From positions 49,290,001 through 49,354,000 of the forward strand of contig NC_082719.1 in the NCBI RefSeq assembly GCF_030144855.1: DNA of 64,000 bases, written 5' to 3'. The DNA comes from Hypanus sabinus. Lineage: Eukaryota. This document shows, one piece after another, positions 63,500 to 64,000 of the stretch (position 1 is the first letter of the stretch; every line of letters begins with the position of its first letter). Below the pieces are notes generated by a model that did not search any database, was not told where the DNA came from, and saw only the letters and a list, made by a program, of their open reading frames with translations. The translations under genes were made by a program, and so were the position numbers.

Positions 63500-64000
63500 A
63501 GGAGATTGCGGGGATTTTAACAGAAATATTCAATCCTCCTCCATCCACTGAAGAGTTCCATATGACTGGAGGACAGCCAGTGGGCTCTCTACCTCTCTTC
63601 AGATCAGCAGGGAAAAGGCAGGTATTTATAAGCTGATAAGGAAACATAATGGAAAAAAATTTGATGGTCTTACTTTGCACTTGAACAATCTGGATTTGAT
63701 CAAAAATAGTCAGCACCATTTTATTAATGGGAGATCCTGTCCACAAACGTTAGTGAACATTTTTTTGAAGAGTTGACAAAGAGTGTCAATGAAGGTAGTG
63801 CAGTGATGTAGTCTAAATTGATTTCAGTGTGCCCTTTGATAAGGTTCTACATGGGAGATTGTTTTAAATGGTAAGATAGAAGGTTGACAGCTGGTGGGGG
63901 GGGGGGGGGGTGGGGAAGAGGGGTTGTTTTTGTGATTGAAATCCGGGTAACTGAGGGGCTTGATCTTGAGACCCTTGGTCTTTTTGTTTGTCACTTATGT
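63500..64000 (+). mobile_element. Old CR1 RT fragment
   Basis: EEIAGILTEIFN, SQHHF, FFEELT, DV.*IDF...FDKVLHGRL motifs. Confidence 0.65.

Overview
A repeat-dense, non-genic (intergenic or intronic) vertebrate window. The element mix (CR1 LINEs with an SGNH-esterase ORF1, Rex1/Babar LINEs, V-SINEs, L1, Penelope-derived palindromes) suggests a cartilaginous fish; this is inference. I can support no host protein-coding gene. Three Ty3/Gypsy LTR lineages are present: (1) a young CsRn1-clade element at 5958-10239 with a tRNA-Trp PBS, CHCC gag, a GGGAAAC -1 frameshift site plus pseudoknot, and an anomalous 84-nt extension past the 3' LTR; (2) an old Sushi/chromovirus at 18435-23463; (3) a family seen as two solo LTRs with perfect 5-bp TSDs and one rearranged provirus at 51834-54173. 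In that provirus the 5' LTR folds back exactly at the poly(A) signal, which is the junction expected if the family primes reverse transcription on its own RNA rather than a tRNA. This is the best candidate for an undescribed mechanism, but it is an inference that needs intact copies to test. Also present: a twin-primed L1 inversion, an ORF1-only L1 with an in-frame ORF2 deletion, a 44-bp minisatellite born from Rex1 coding sequence, degenerate hammerhead-ribozyme palindromes, and two old local duplications. Boundaries of old LINE fragments are approximate.
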